Positions 46,610-56,433 of a stretch of 60,859 bases of DNA are shown one piece after another. Made by a program: the position numbers and the translations under genes. Position 1 is the first letter of the stretch; every line of letters begins with the position of its first letter. Under the pieces are notes generated by a model. That model saw nothing but the letters and a program-made list of their open reading frames with translations. It was not told the origin of the DNA and did not search any database. This stretch comes from an uncultured Calditrichaceae bacterium (GTDB lineage: Bacteria; Calditrichota; Calditrichia; RBG-13-44-9; J075): contig CAYYGL010000003.1 of the NCBI GenBank assembly GCA_964471235.1, positions 1-60,859 of the forward strand. The letters run 5' to 3'.

Positions 46610-48733
46610 CTATCTTAAAAAAGTCATTTTTTTGGTGGCAGAAAAATCACCCGCTTTAATTTTGTAAAAATAAACACCGGATTGCAACTGTGAGGCATCA
46701 AAAAGAATCCGGTGTATCCCCGCATCCTGCCGCTGATTGACTAAAGTGGAAACCTCCCTGCCTAACAAGTCATAAATTTTAATGTTTACTTTAAGTTCTA
46801 CCGGCAGAGAATATGAAATAATCGTAGATGGATTAAAAGGGTTGGGATAATTCTGGAAAAGCTGAAATCGTACCGGGAGTTGCTCATTAAACGATTCTGC
46901 CTGGATGGGACCATGGGTGGTTATGTTTCCGTTAATATCCACATCCTGTAGTTCATAAAAATAGGTTTTGCCCGGAATAACGTAGGTGTCAATGTATTGA
47001 TAATCGGTTGCCTGGTTGGTTGTTCCCTGTCCTCTCAAAGCAGGGTTACTTTCATACGAGGCTACCAGGATAAAATTTTTCTGCCCCTCCTCTTTGCGGA
47101 GGATACGAAAACCCAGGTTATTAATCTCACTTTCGGTCCGCCATCGCAACAGAACGCCTTCATCGACCAGTGTAGCAGAAAAAGAGGATAGAGTAATTGG
47201 GAGGGGGTCATCTCCCAGAACCGTGTCGATAACAAATTCTTTAAACGAAAGTGCCGGAATACCCCGGGAATTGCGCAGCCAGGGTCCCAGATAACTGGTG
47301 GTGGTATTGTTATAATACCGATTGGGAAGATAAGTTACCGAAACAGCGCTACTGGATTGAGTTAAGGCAAGTCTGACCTTGTTCCCAAAAACCTGCCCGG
47401 TAGAGACAATCGAAGTATCGATGCTCCCGGAAGAATTATGCAGATAAAAATAATCTTTTAAAAAGTAGGTGTTAGCGCCTATCGTCGTATCATTCTGCCA
47501 GACCATTAAATTGGCATTCCCAAATTCCAGAACCAGCACATCTTTTTGAGGGCTGGTAAAAAACGCCTTGGTAATATTCGGCGGGTCGACTTCTACGGTA
47601 TCCGTAGCGTTATAAAAATCTCTCCGGATCTGGTTATAAACCCGGTTGGCGTATGTTTCATAGCCGTGTTGGTCAAAATGAGCATTATTAATCAGGGTAC
47701 GTAAGGCATTTGCGGTCATAATTTCCGTTCCAGGGTCTGCTTGTGCTAATTGTCGTTGTCGTTCGCGGAGCAACCCCCCTTCGGTTCCGGCAGTACCGGA
47801 GGCATATCCGGCATATATCTGGGTAGTGTAAATTTTTTGGATATTTGCATAGTCTGTTCGCCAATCGGCACGAAGTGGCGGGAACTTATTTGCATACGTA
47901 TTTGCCTGGACAACGCTGGAAGAATTGCTTTCTCCCTGCCACCAGATTAAGGCTTTTACATCAGGGCTCAGATTCGCATGTTGCACCCGATACAACAGTC
48001 GGCCATACACGGTGGTGAGATCCGTCGGATTGGCATCATTCCGTTGATGTTGTTTAATGTCAGTGCCACCGGGTGAGCCATTGATGATGCACACCGGGAT
48101 TCCCTGATTGCTGGAAATCAAATCACCTAATTTAAGCCCCCAAATGCCCACTGCCAGATGAGAATTAATTGAATCGGCTTGTGCCAATCCCCACAAGGTA
48201 TCCAGCGTGGTAGCAGCAATACCATTCCGATTTAAGCCGTTTCGATCCGTGGTAGTGCCAAAACTACGAACCCATTGGGACTGGTAAGAGGTGAATGTAG
48301 CATAAATATCCGCCTGGGCATTGGACTGCCCCTGAATCAAATACACATCTCCACAAACCACGCTGTCAATCAGGGCATCCTGGAAAGCGGTTCCACCCGT
48401 CCAAAATTTTATGATGAATTGGAATTCTACTGTGTCCGCATAAATTTTAGGACTAAGGGAGAAAGAAGCGACATTATTATTATATGTGAGGGTCTGAGAA
48501 AACTGTCTCCAGAAAATCCCGTTTCGTTTAATATCCACCGTGATGGAATCGAATCCGCCGCCGGTTTCGTTTCCTTTTATCTGAACGATTGCCGAATCAT
48601 TATCGAAAGCATTACGAGGATACAACTGATACTTGGAAGGGATAGAGTCATACACTACGGTCTGAGCAAACAGAGTTCCCATAGTCATAATGACCATCAA
48701 CAAATTCAATCTAAACCAAAAACGAAACTCCAT
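46610..48733 (-). CDS. Secreted SGNH/SASA-type carbohydrate O-acetylesterase-like protein with a T9SS C-terminal domain.
   Basis: 707 aa with a signal peptide. DVYLIQGQSNAQ (GQSN motif of sialate O-acetylesterase-like domains) and ALIWWQGESN. The C-terminus reads LFQNYPNPFNPSTIISY...SGVYFYKIKAGDFSATKKMTFLR. Confidence 0.65.
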   Translation of the reverse strand: MEFRFWFRLNLLMVIMTMGTLFAQTVVYDSIPSKYQLYPRNAFDNDSAIVQIKGNETGGGFDSITVDIKRNGIFWRQFSQTLTYNNNVASFSLSPKIYADTVEFQFIIKFWTGGTAFQDALIDSVVCGDVYLIQGQSNAQADIYATFTSYQSQWVRSFGTTTDRNGLNRNGIAATTLDTLWGLAQADSINSHLAVGIWGLKLGDLISSNQGIPVCIINGSPGGTDIKQHQRNDANPTDLTTVYGRLLYRVQHANLSPDVKALIWWQGESNSSSVVQANTYANKFPPLRADWRTDYANIQKIYTTQIYAGYASGTAGTEGGLLRERQRQLAQADPGTEIMTANALRTLINNAHFDQHGYETYANRVYNQIRRDFYNATDTVEVDPPNITKAFFTSPQKDVLVLEFGNANLMVWQNDTTIGANTYFLKDYFYLHNSSGSIDTSIVSTGQVFGNKVRLALTQSSSAVSVTYLPNRYYNNTTTSYLGPWLRNSRGIPALSFKEFVIDTVLGDDPLPITLSSFSATLVDEGVLLRWRTESEINNLGFRILRKEEGQKNFILVASYESNPALRGQGTTNQATDYQYIDTYVIPGKTYFYELQDVDINGNITTHGPIQAESFNEQLPVRFQLFQNYPNPFNPSTIISYSLPVELKVNIKIYDLLGREVSTLVNQRQDAGIHRILFDASQLQSGVYFYKIKAGDFSATKKMTFLR
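46613..46879 (-). other. Canonical T9SS (Por) C-terminal sorting domain.
   Basis: LPVRFQLFQNYPNPFNPSTIISYSLPVELKVNIKIYDLLGREVSTLVNQRQDAGIHRILFDASQLQSGVYFYKIKAGDFSATKKMTFLR. Confidence 0.8.
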
Positions 48734-48950
48734 CGTCTCTTTATTCCTCTTCTCGTTTTTGAGTTAATTATTGTTCCGTTTAATAGTAAATGATTTTACA
48801 TATATTTATAGTGTATTGATACCCTCCCAATTTCTCCATAATCTAAAAAATATTATTATAAACTCTATTTCTTAAAAAACAAGTGATTTGTTTCGAATAA
48901 TTCACAAAAAATTATTTAAGTTTTTTTGTGGGGCGTGCTATCAATGATGC

Positions 48951-50531
48951 TTATTTCGTAATATGCAAACCGGTAGGATTTGCCGGGGGAGTAAAATCAC
49001 TGCCGGTGGAGAGGAAAATAACCCAATCGTCATTATCCGGCGGGGTAACCACATAATCTGTTCCACCGGAGAACGGACTGCCGGCAACCGGGGTTTCCGC
49101 GCCGGAGCGAGGGTCAAACCAGGTAGCAGTGTACCCACCGGTTAAGGAGGATAGTTTTAACGTGATATCTCCACCATTCCCCGGGTCCCAGCGATCATTA
49201 ACTCCGGTTTTAAAATAGACCAACTTACTACCTGCCGGGTCCGCCAGACAGTAGCCATTGGAAACCAATGAAGGAGCAGGAATCATCGTTGCAAACGTAT
49301 TGCCTAATTTCGTCTCCAGAAATGGATTTATCAATGTCAGCCACTGTTCAGATTCCAGGTCCTGGGGAAGACAGGGAAAATGGAAATATCCATCCTGACC
49401 GCATCCGCCACCATCACTGCGGATAAGCCCACCCAACCCACCAGCTAACAGGCATTTCCAGAAAGCCCGGCGAATATCTTCGGGCTGAAAATTCTTACTT
49501 TGATGACTGGGGCGGTTTTCTCCCCAGGCATCATCCATACTGACGGGAGTGCTCGCACTGAGAAAATGATTGGTCATCGTGTTAATAAATGCTTTCCGAT
49601 CTCCCCAACTATTAAACGTTTGCCCAGACATAATAATATTCCCGGACCCGCCACCATGCCGACTGGAAATAGGATGCCCATACGGATCAAGATTGCGAAT
49701 CTGTTGACCAAACCAATTTATATCAGACTGGCTTCGATATTCGCTCACATCAATTCCGGTGTTAAACCAAACCACCGGGAAACTGGCTAACCGGGCGATG
49801 GCATAGCGAATCACCAATGCCCCGGTTGCCGATTGCCCTCCCCATCCCGGCGCACCGGCCTGGTCCGAATAAAACATGATATGCCCCCCCAAACCATAAT
49901 CGGTCAATACTTCCATTCGCTGTTCCATACGGTCCCAGATGGTCAGATCAAATTGGTGGTTCTGCCAGTTTCCCTGGAAAATAAAATCATGTCGTCCCCC
50001 AAATTGACCGGTCTCCTCGGTTAACCGGGTTTCCAGCATTTGAATATGATTGCTACTCATGAATGTTGCGGCGGCGGTTATGTCGTTGATATTGCCTGGC
50101 TCGCTAAAAAATTCCAATCTCAACGCAATGGGAATGACATAGGGACCATCGGTGAATTTCCATTTTCGCCCATCAATGGAGTCTGCCACCAACATGCCGG
50201 GGAGACCGGAAGGGACACAGTTCAGAGAACCGGTTACCCCGTCTAATTCCGGGTCGGTAGAAGAAGTTACATACGTCCATTGTCCTAACAGGGTGGGCAT
50301 GAAGGCAATTTTCCATTCATCATTCCCATCATAATATCCTGGCAGGGTAATCACTGTACCGGATGCCGTATGGGTAAAGGTGCCATCCACCTCCAATTCA
50401 AACGGATTGCCACTGTAACTACTATTGGGCAGGGTAATCACATACCGCCGCCATTTACCGACATCCACCGCATAAAGAGATATTGTAAACAAGACCGTAC
50501 AGAGAAACAGAAGAAATCCTACTTTTTTCAT
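48951..50531 (-). CDS. Secreted putative glycoside hydrolase: a DUF5060-like N-terminal beta-sandwich plus a DUF4038/GH-A-like barrel.
   Basis: 526 aa. Signal peptide MKKVGFLLFLCTVLFTISLYA. FELEVDGTFTH...ITLPGYYDGNDEWKIAFMPTLLGQWTY matches the DUF5060 pattern as I recall it. The protein ends TPPANPTGLHITK. Confidence 0.5.
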   Translation of the reverse strand: MKKVGFLLFLCTVLFTISLYAVDVGKWRRYVITLPNSSYSGNPFELEVDGTFTHTASGTVITLPGYYDGNDEWKIAFMPTLLGQWTYVTSSTDPELDGVTGSLNCVPSGLPGMLVADSIDGRKWKFTDGPYVIPIALRLEFFSEPGNINDITAAATFMSSNHIQMLETRLTEETGQFGGRHDFIFQGNWQNHQFDLTIWDRMEQRMEVLTDYGLGGHIMFYSDQAGAPGWGGQSATGALVIRYAIARLASFPVVWFNTGIDVSEYRSQSDINWFGQQIRNLDPYGHPISSRHGGGSGNIIMSGQTFNSWGDRKAFINTMTNHFLSASTPVSMDDAWGENRPSHQSKNFQPEDIRRAFWKCLLAGGLGGLIRSDGGGCGQDGYFHFPCLPQDLESEQWLTLINPFLETKLGNTFATMIPAPSLVSNGYCLADPAGSKLVYFKTGVNDRWDPGNGGDITLKLSSLTGGYTATWFDPRSGAETPVAGSPFSGGTDYVVTPPDNDDWVIFLSTGSDFTPPANPTGLHITK

Positions 50532-50704
50532 GGTAATTTTACCTTTAATTCTAATGATTCCCTAAAGAATGACAATAATTGTGCCACAACATAGAGTATC
50601 GCAAAAGGCTGTTTGACGAGTGTTTGCGGGTTTATTTCGAACATGGAATTGCTCATTGTGAATTTTTTAGACAAAAAACAAGCGGATAAGCATGAATCGC
50701 CATT

Positions 50705-51706
50705 TTACTTCCGGAATGCATACACAATTCCACCCAATACGCCTTGCAACATCAGGATGCCGTATTCTATCCAGGCAAATGCAATGGCTTCCGGTTTGGC
50801 AACCGCAAACGTCGCCAGGAAAAAAAAGAAAACATTTTCCCGCAGCCCAATGCCATTGATGGAAACCGGTATCATCATAATAAAAATGGAAAGAGGCACA
50901 ATCAGGAAGAAATTGTAGAGTGGGATGTGAAATCCCAGGGCGCTGGATATCAGGAAATAATAGAATACCACATTCGCTTGCAGGAGCAGAGAGAGCCCCA
51001 GTGCTTTCAGCAATGCCATCTTTTGACCGCGAAAGGTCCAGAAAGCATCGATTAACTTCATCAACAGACGCTGGAGTTTGGCAGAAAAGGGGATGCGAAT
51101 TTTCCCCACCCATTCGGCTAATTTACGGGAAGGCATAAAAATCAACCAGATAATGAACAGCATCCCAACAGCTGCAATGCTCACCCACAGGTTTAGATAA
51201 GGAACTCGCTGGGTAATACTTTTGGCAAAAAAAGCTGCAATAAAAGCGTATAAAATCAGCGCAGTAAGTCCCAGAAAGCGATCCACAAACACCACTGCCA
51301 CCGCACCGGATTTGCTTTTGCCAAGTCGATAAGAATCGTACGCCCTCACTGTATCACCGCCCACAGTTGAGGGAAGAAAATTATTAAAAAACATTGCCAC
51401 GATGTAAGATTTAATCAAAAACCATAAATTGGAGTCGACCTTATGAACTTTCAGCAGGGTTTTCCAGCGCAGGGCACTGACATAAAATCCCACAAAATGC
51501 AACGTAAAGGAAAGCAATAATAACGGTAAATATGCTTTCTTCATGGCAGCAAAAATTTCTGTGAAATTGGTTCCCCTCAGAATCAGGTAAATCAGAAAAG
51601 CGGAAATAAGGCTTTTGCCGACTGTGAGAAGAATTTGCTTCTTCCGGGAAGTAGGTACCGAACTTTCTTCTACCGCATTTTCAGTTGTTTGAGCCGCTTT
51701 ATCCAT
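50705..51706 (-). CDS. UPF0104 flippase-like membrane protein; second copy in the window.
   Basis: 333 aa with about 8 TM helices. LISAFLIYLILRGTNFTEIFAAMKKA and SALRWKTLL. Confidence 0.65.
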   Translation of the reverse strand: MDKAAQTTENAVEESSVPTSRKKQILLTVGKSLISAFLIYLILRGTNFTEIFAAMKKAYLPLLLLSFTLHFVGFYVSALRWKTLLKVHKVDSNLWFLIKSYIVAMFFNNFLPSTVGGDTVRAYDSYRLGKSKSGAVAVVFVDRFLGLTALILYAFIAAFFAKSITQRVPYLNLWVSIAAVGMLFIIWLIFMPSRKLAEWVGKIRIPFSAKLQRLLMKLIDAFWTFRGQKMALLKALGLSLLLQANVVFYYFLISSALGFHIPLYNFFLIVPLSIFIMMIPVSINGIGLRENVFFFFLATFAVAKPEAIAFAWIEYGILMLQGVLGGIVYAFRK

Positions 51707-51730
51707 TTATATCCATAAAAATTGGGTTGA

Positions 51731-52474
51731 TTATTTCCGGGAACCAATCACTTTTGCCGGAACCCCGGCAACAATAGCATATTCCGGCACATCTTTAATC
51801 ACCACTGCCCCGGCGCCAATGATACTGCCATTCCCCACGGTAACACCATCCACAATCCGCACCCCGACGCCCATCCAGACGTCATCACCGATGGTAATCC
51901 CTTTCGCCTCGCCGTCCTGCTTCATCATGGGAATATCCAGCCGCTGATACCCGGGATTGCCGGAGATAATCACCGTTTGGGCGCCAATAGTGATAAACGA
52001 GCCCAGGGTGACCGGGGCGCGGCTGGCGCGAATATAAGAATTAGGTCCGATTGAAAGATCATTGCCAACCGTTATCGCTGCCGCAGCACAGGAGAAAATG
52101 GTGTTCTTCCCCAGGAAAACCGAATCCCCCATGGTGATACGGGAATCGCTGCCCTTGGCGTCTAACACCACATTGCCATCGGCGACGAAATTATCCCCCA
52201 CGGAGATTTGCCCCGGGCAGCGCAAGGTTAAATTCGCACCCAATATTGCCCCCCTGCCCATGCTGGCAAACAACTTTTTGTAAAACATTTTTCGAAGAAA
52301 AAAACCGACTGCGCCGGGTGTTTGGGAAAACAAAAAGGTGAGCAACTCATATTTTATCAACGCGCCCAGGGTATACTTGCCCACATAGATATCCTGGTAT
52401 TTACGAATGATGGATTGGGATTGACTGGAAAGGGTATCGACGACGGTTTCGTGCTCATAGGATTGGCTGCTCAT
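51731..52474 (-). CDS. Hexapeptide-repeat (left-handed beta-helix) acyltransferase.
   Basis: 247 aa. Repeated [LIV]G-x4 hexads throughout, for example ITIGDDVWMGVGVRIVDGVTVGNGSIIGAGAVV. Confidence 0.8.
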   Translation of the reverse strand: MSSQSYEHETVVDTLSSQSQSIIRKYQDIYVGKYTLGALIKYELLTFLFSQTPGAVGFFLRKMFYKKLFASMGRGAILGANLTLRCPGQISVGDNFVADGNVVLDAKGSDSRITMGDSVFLGKNTIFSCAAAAITVGNDLSIGPNSYIRASRAPVTLGSFITIGAQTVIISGNPGYQRLDIPMMKQDGEAKGITIGDDVWMGVGVRIVDGVTVGNGSIIGAGAVVIKDVPEYAIVAGVPAKVIGSRK

Positions 52475-52493
52475 CCAAAACTCCCGGTTACCA

Positions 52494-54428
52494 TTATACC
52501 GCTACTTTGTATTCATTCTGAAAGCGATCCTGCAACTCGTGGAAATCATTCCCCACAATATACAACTGGTGCCATACCTCCAGGTTGATCAACATCCACA
52601 ACCGCACGTGATGATCCACCTGGTTGGTTCGATGTTCTTCGATCAACTTCTGCACTTCATCCCGTCGGAACAGCCCTTCGTTCACAAAATAGGAATTCAT
52701 CAGAATTGAGTTCACAAACGGGTAAAGCTCACTGCGGAACCAGTACGCCACCGGAAACATAAACCCCTGCTTTTCCCGTTTCAGGATTTCCTCGGGAAGA
52801 TGCTTTTCGGCAAACCGTCGCAGGATATATTTCAACCGTTTCCCTTTAATTTTCAAATTGCTGGGCACCTGCGCCATGAATTCCACCAGGGGATGATCCA
52901 GAAATGGCGATCGGGCTTCCAGGCTGTGCGCCATGTTCATCCGGTCGGTCAACATCAGGGTATGTTCGGTGAGACGGGTCATAAAATCGGCATAAAGCAT
53001 CCGGTCAATCGGGTCATCTGCTTTGGCGCGGTTATATTGCTCCACAATAACCTGGTTGGAGTTCACATCTTTCAGACGATTCCACAAATCATCACTAAAG
53101 AGAGCTTGTTTTTGGAGGTGATTGAAGCGGAAGAATGCGGTTGCTTCGGCATAGCGTTCCCCGGCTTCATACTCGGATAATTGATCCATCCAGCGCAATT
53201 TTTGGGGCAGGCTTTTGTAAGTAAAACTATCCGAAAGCCCTAAAAAGAGCGGTCGCAGCAATTTGGTGCGGATAAAAGATGGGATGAGGTTGTAATAATC
53301 AATTAACCCGACACCGCGATAGCGGTCGAATCCGGCAAATAACTCATCGCCGCCGTCCCCGCCCAGCACCACCTTGACATGCCGGGCAGCTAACTGGGCT
53401 GCCTGAAACATACAGGCGGCAATGGGGTCGGAAGGTTCATCCAGGTGCCAGATCATCATGGGCAGCAATTTAATTAAGTTGGCATGCACCACTTCTTCCA
53501 CGTGTTGAGTATGATATTTCTCCGCCACCATGCGGGCATAGGGCAATTCGTTAAAATCCTGTTCTTTCACCCCGATGGCAAATGTTTGGAATGACTGATT
53601 CATAATTTGCCCCATCAACGCCACCACGGTGCTGGTATCCATCCCGCCGCTTAAAAAGGCGCCCACCGGCACATCGCTAATCAGGTGCGACTCCACCGCC
53701 TCAAACAACTTTCCACCCACCCCTTCAATCAGATCATCCTCGGAAAGCCGCATCTTCCGGCGAAAATCCACATCCCAGTAGCGCTGCACATCTACCCGGT
53801 TGTTCCGAAATACCAGGTAATGCCCGGCGGGTAGTTTTTTGATGCCTTCAATCATGGTATGGGGAGCGGGAATAAATCGCAATGATAAGTAATGATGAAC
53901 CGCTTCATAGTTGATGTTGCGCCTGACATTGTTGGCTGCCAGAATGGATTTGACCTCTGATCCGAATAGAAATTCATTGTCCCGGTGTAGGTAAAATAAG
54001 GGTTTCTGCCCGATGCGATCCCGTGCCATAAATAGCTGTTGCCGCTTTTCATCCCACAGGGCAAAGGCAAACATCCCGCTCAGTTTTTCCACACATCGTT
54101 CACCATATTCTTCATATAGATGCACAATCACTTCCGTATCGGTATGGGTTTTAAAACGATGCCCCTTTTCTTCCAGTTCTTTTTTTAGAACCGGGAAATT
54201 GTAGATTTCGCCGTTATAGACAATCCAGATGGTATCGTCTTCATTGCTAATCGGTTGTTTCCCACCATCCAGGTCGATGATGCTCAGGCGACGATGCCCC
54301 AATCCAATCGGGGGTTTGATATAGAATCCCTCGTCATCAGGACCGCGGTGCCGAATTACTTCCGCCATCCTCTTTATTTCCGGCAGACTAACTTCATGAG
54401 TACTAAACTTACCGCATATACCGCACAT
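52494..54428 (-). CDS. asnB: Asparagine synthase-type glutamine amidotransferase.
   Basis: MCGICG is the Ntn nucleophile Cys2, and GGAGG lies 5 nt upstream of this ATG. The track start at 54446 would bury the Cys. SGGMDTS is the PP-loop. Confidence 0.9.
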   Translation of the reverse strand: MCGICGKFSTHEVSLPEIKRMAEVIRHRGPDDEGFYIKPPIGLGHRRLSIIDLDGGKQPISNEDDTIWIVYNGEIYNFPVLKKELEEKGHRFKTHTDTEVIVHLYEEYGERCVEKLSGMFAFALWDEKRQQLFMARDRIGQKPLFYLHRDNEFLFGSEVKSILAANNVRRNINYEAVHHYLSLRFIPAPHTMIEGIKKLPAGHYLVFRNNRVDVQRYWDVDFRRKMRLSEDDLIEGVGGKLFEAVESHLISDVPVGAFLSGGMDTSTVVALMGQIMNQSFQTFAIGVKEQDFNELPYARMVAEKYHTQHVEEVVHANLIKLLPMMIWHLDEPSDPIAACMFQAAQLAARHVKVVLGGDGGDELFAGFDRYRGVGLIDYYNLIPSFIRTKLLRPLFLGLSDSFTYKSLPQKLRWMDQLSEYEAGERYAEATAFFRFNHLQKQALFSDDLWNRLKDVNSNQVIVEQYNRAKADDPIDRMLYADFMTRLTEHTLMLTDRMNMAHSLEARSPFLDHPLVEFMAQVPSNLKIKGKRLKYILRRFAEKHLPEEILKREKQGFMFPVAYWFRSELYPFVNSILMNSYFVNEGLFRRDEVQKLIEEHRTNQVDHHVRLWMLINLEVWHQLYIVGNDFHELQDRFQNEYKVAV

Positions 54429-54470
54429 GCTATCCTCCGACTTCAAAGCCGAGCAGGCTTTTGAAGCAAG

Positions 54471-55433
54471 TTAGTGTGTTATCCAATTTCTTATATGTGA
54501 TATCAATGTGCCAATTATTTTAGAATCGTAACAGACCCTTGAGAAGAAAAAACCGGTGTTGAGATAATGATCGGTATCCGGCACGGTCCAATAAGTAACT
54601 GGCGGTGCAATTTGTGATGTTATTCTGCGAAGGAATTGTAAATCCGCCGGGTCTTCTTTTGCGCCGTCAATGAACATGATTGGGATGTGCCCGGCTTCCG
54701 AGAGCTTCGCCAGGTAGTTTTCGATATCCAGCGGTTGATAAACCGCTTGCCAAAGGTCATAAGGTAATGGATATGATAATTGCATATCTTTTTGCCAGCG
54801 TTTTAAAAAATATTCCCGGTCCGGCGAGTTATCTTGAAAAAAGCGTTCCCGAAGCCGCCGCGGGGGACCAATCAACACCAGTTTTTTGATCCGCTTATCC
54901 CGTTGCATCGCTGCCAGGGCAACACCGGCGCCAAAGGAATGACCAATCAGGAAAATCCGGGAAGTGTCGGCCAAGGGTTGCTTACTGAGAAAATCAATGG
55001 CGTGAATGACATCCGCCGCAAAATTAAAATCTTTCGGTGAGGTTAATGCCGGAGGATCATCCGATTCTCCGTAACCACGCAAATCGATATTCAAGACCAT
55101 GAAATTCATTTGCTGAAATTTGGCTGCCATTACCTGCATCAGGGGCAACTTTCTTCCGTTAAGTGAAGACCCATGCAGCAAGATGATACATGGGGAAGGA
55201 ACACCGCTGGCAGGTGGATATAAATCCCCGGTAATGGTGAGTTGATCGGATTTAAAATGAACCTGAGTTGACCGATCCAGTTGAAGGCAATGCAGGGAAG
55301 AGAAGGAATGAACATTGGTTAAATATCTAAGTTGTTTGATTTCGTTGCGAAATGTATAAGACTGGCTGATGCCAACAACAGCTACCACCATCAGGATCAG
55401 GAAACCGAACCAAACAATTTTTTTGTGTCGCAT
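54471..55433 (-). CDS. Alpha/beta hydrolase with an N-terminal membrane anchor.
   Basis: 320 aa. TM segment IVWFGFLILMVVAVVGI and LIGHSFGAG (GxSxG). Confidence 0.7.
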   Translation of the reverse strand: MRHKKIVWFGFLILMVVAVVGISQSYTFRNEIKQLRYLTNVHSFSSLHCLQLDRSTQVHFKSDQLTITGDLYPPASGVPSPCIILLHGSSLNGRKLPLMQVMAAKFQQMNFMVLNIDLRGYGESDDPPALTSPKDFNFAADVIHAIDFLSKQPLADTSRIFLIGHSFGAGVALAAMQRDKRIKKLVLIGPPRRLRERFFQDNSPDREYFLKRWQKDMQLSYPLPYDLWQAVYQPLDIENYLAKLSEAGHIPIMFIDGAKEDPADLQFLRRITSQIAPPVTYWTVPDTDHYLNTGFFFSRVCYDSKIIGTLISHIRNWITH

Positions 55434-55437
55434 TAAA

Positions 55438-56421
55438 CTACCCGGAAAGATTTTCCAGCCACGTTTGACTTTCTTTTAAACCTTCCTCAAAAGTAAATCG
55501 GGGATTGAAATCCAACATTTTTCGGGCTTTACTGATATCGAAGGCATTGTTGGTGTCAAAGAACTCCAGGGTACGGCGTGAAATGGGAGGTTCTTTTCCT
55601 ATTAACCCAAACACCGTTTCTGCGGTGGCGGCAATGGCAACCCCTACACGGTATGGCAGACTGACCACCGGCCCCGGGGTGCCCAGTGCCTGCACAAAAC
55701 CATCCACCAATTCCCGGGTGGTAATGGCGCGCTCCCCGGCAATCAGAAATGTTTCCCCGACCGCCGCCTCGTGCTCCATGGCTAAACGGAATCCCTCTAA
55801 CATATCGGCAATGTAAATGGGATGCCGCAGATTATCCCCCTTGCCAATCATTACAAAGCGCTTTTTCTTTAAGGTGCGATATAATTTTTGCGTGCGCGGA
55901 CAGCCAGGTCCGTAAACCCAGGCCGGGCGGATGATCACCACCGGGAAATTGTTTTTAGCGGCGTATTCGTTGACCACCCCCTCACCGGCTAATTTGGTCT
56001 CCCCATAAATGGATTGAGGATGACATTCGCTCTCCTCGTTGGCTGGCAGGGTGGTCAGGTTGCCGTAGATTCCCACGGAACTGACGTGGATGTACCGGGA
56101 AACGCCTTTTTGTTGCGATAGTTTTAACAGCGGTTCCAGGCTGTGCACATTGATATCCCAGTATTCGGATTCTCCCAGGCTGATTTGCAGGTGGGCGCTG
56201 GCTAAATGAAAGACCACATCTACCTGCTCCAAAGCTTCTTCCATCAATGATTGCTTCCGAAAATCCCCGGTGAGCGCTTTAAAACGAGGTGGTTTGCCAT
56301 CCACCGGCTGTTCCGGATAGTGGATATCCACTCCCACAACGGTATGCCCGTTATCCGCTAAAAAATTTGCCAGATGATAGCCGATGAACCCACCGGCGCC
56401 GGTGACTAAAATTTTCTTCAT
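55438..56421 (-). CDS. NAD-dependent sugar epimerase/dehydratase (extended SDR).
   Basis: 327 aa. ILVTGAGGFIGYHL and YGETKLAGE (YxxxK). Confidence 0.85.
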   Translation of the reverse strand: MKKILVTGAGGFIGYHLANFLADNGHTVVGVDIHYPEQPVDGKPPRFKALTGDFRKQSLMEEALEQVDVVFHLASAHLQISLGESEYWDINVHSLEPLLKLSQQKGVSRYIHVSSVGIYGNLTTLPANEESECHPQSIYGETKLAGEGVVNEYAAKNNFPVVIIRPAWVYGPGCPRTQKLYRTLKKKRFVMIGKGDNLRHPIYIADMLEGFRLAMEHEAAVGETFLIAGERAITTRELVDGFVQALGTPGPVVSLPYRVGVAIAATAETVFGLIGKEPPISRRTLEFFDTNNAFDISKARKMLDFNPRFTFEEGLKESQTWLENLSG

Positions 56422-56433
56422 TTTCTCCTGTTG

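Noticed and set aside
48734-48950. The AT-rich 217-nt gap, and the similar gaps at 46385..46609 and 44230..44430, as possible sRNA genes or Bacteroidetes-type promoters (TAnnTTTG).
   Set aside because: I could not find a convincing consensus promoter, a stable terminator or conserved structure by eye. They are most likely ordinary inter-operon promoter regions. They are left uncalled because precise coordinates would be invented.
50667-51113. Minus-strand ORF 50667..51113 (148 aa), and other same-strand overlapping ORFs such as 3623..4108, 1537..1884, 2847..3029, 12460..12654 and 58160..58402.
   Set aside because: They are alternative frames inside longer genes that carry clear family signatures, and their composition is Cys/Arg/Pro-rich. 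There is no independent support for them.
54429-54446. A six-residue N-terminal extension (MKSEDS) of AsnB in the ORF track.
   Set aside because: Ntn amidotransferases need Cys as the first residue after Met removal. MCGICG begins at 54428 and has a GGAGG Shine-Dalgarno sequence at the correct spacing.
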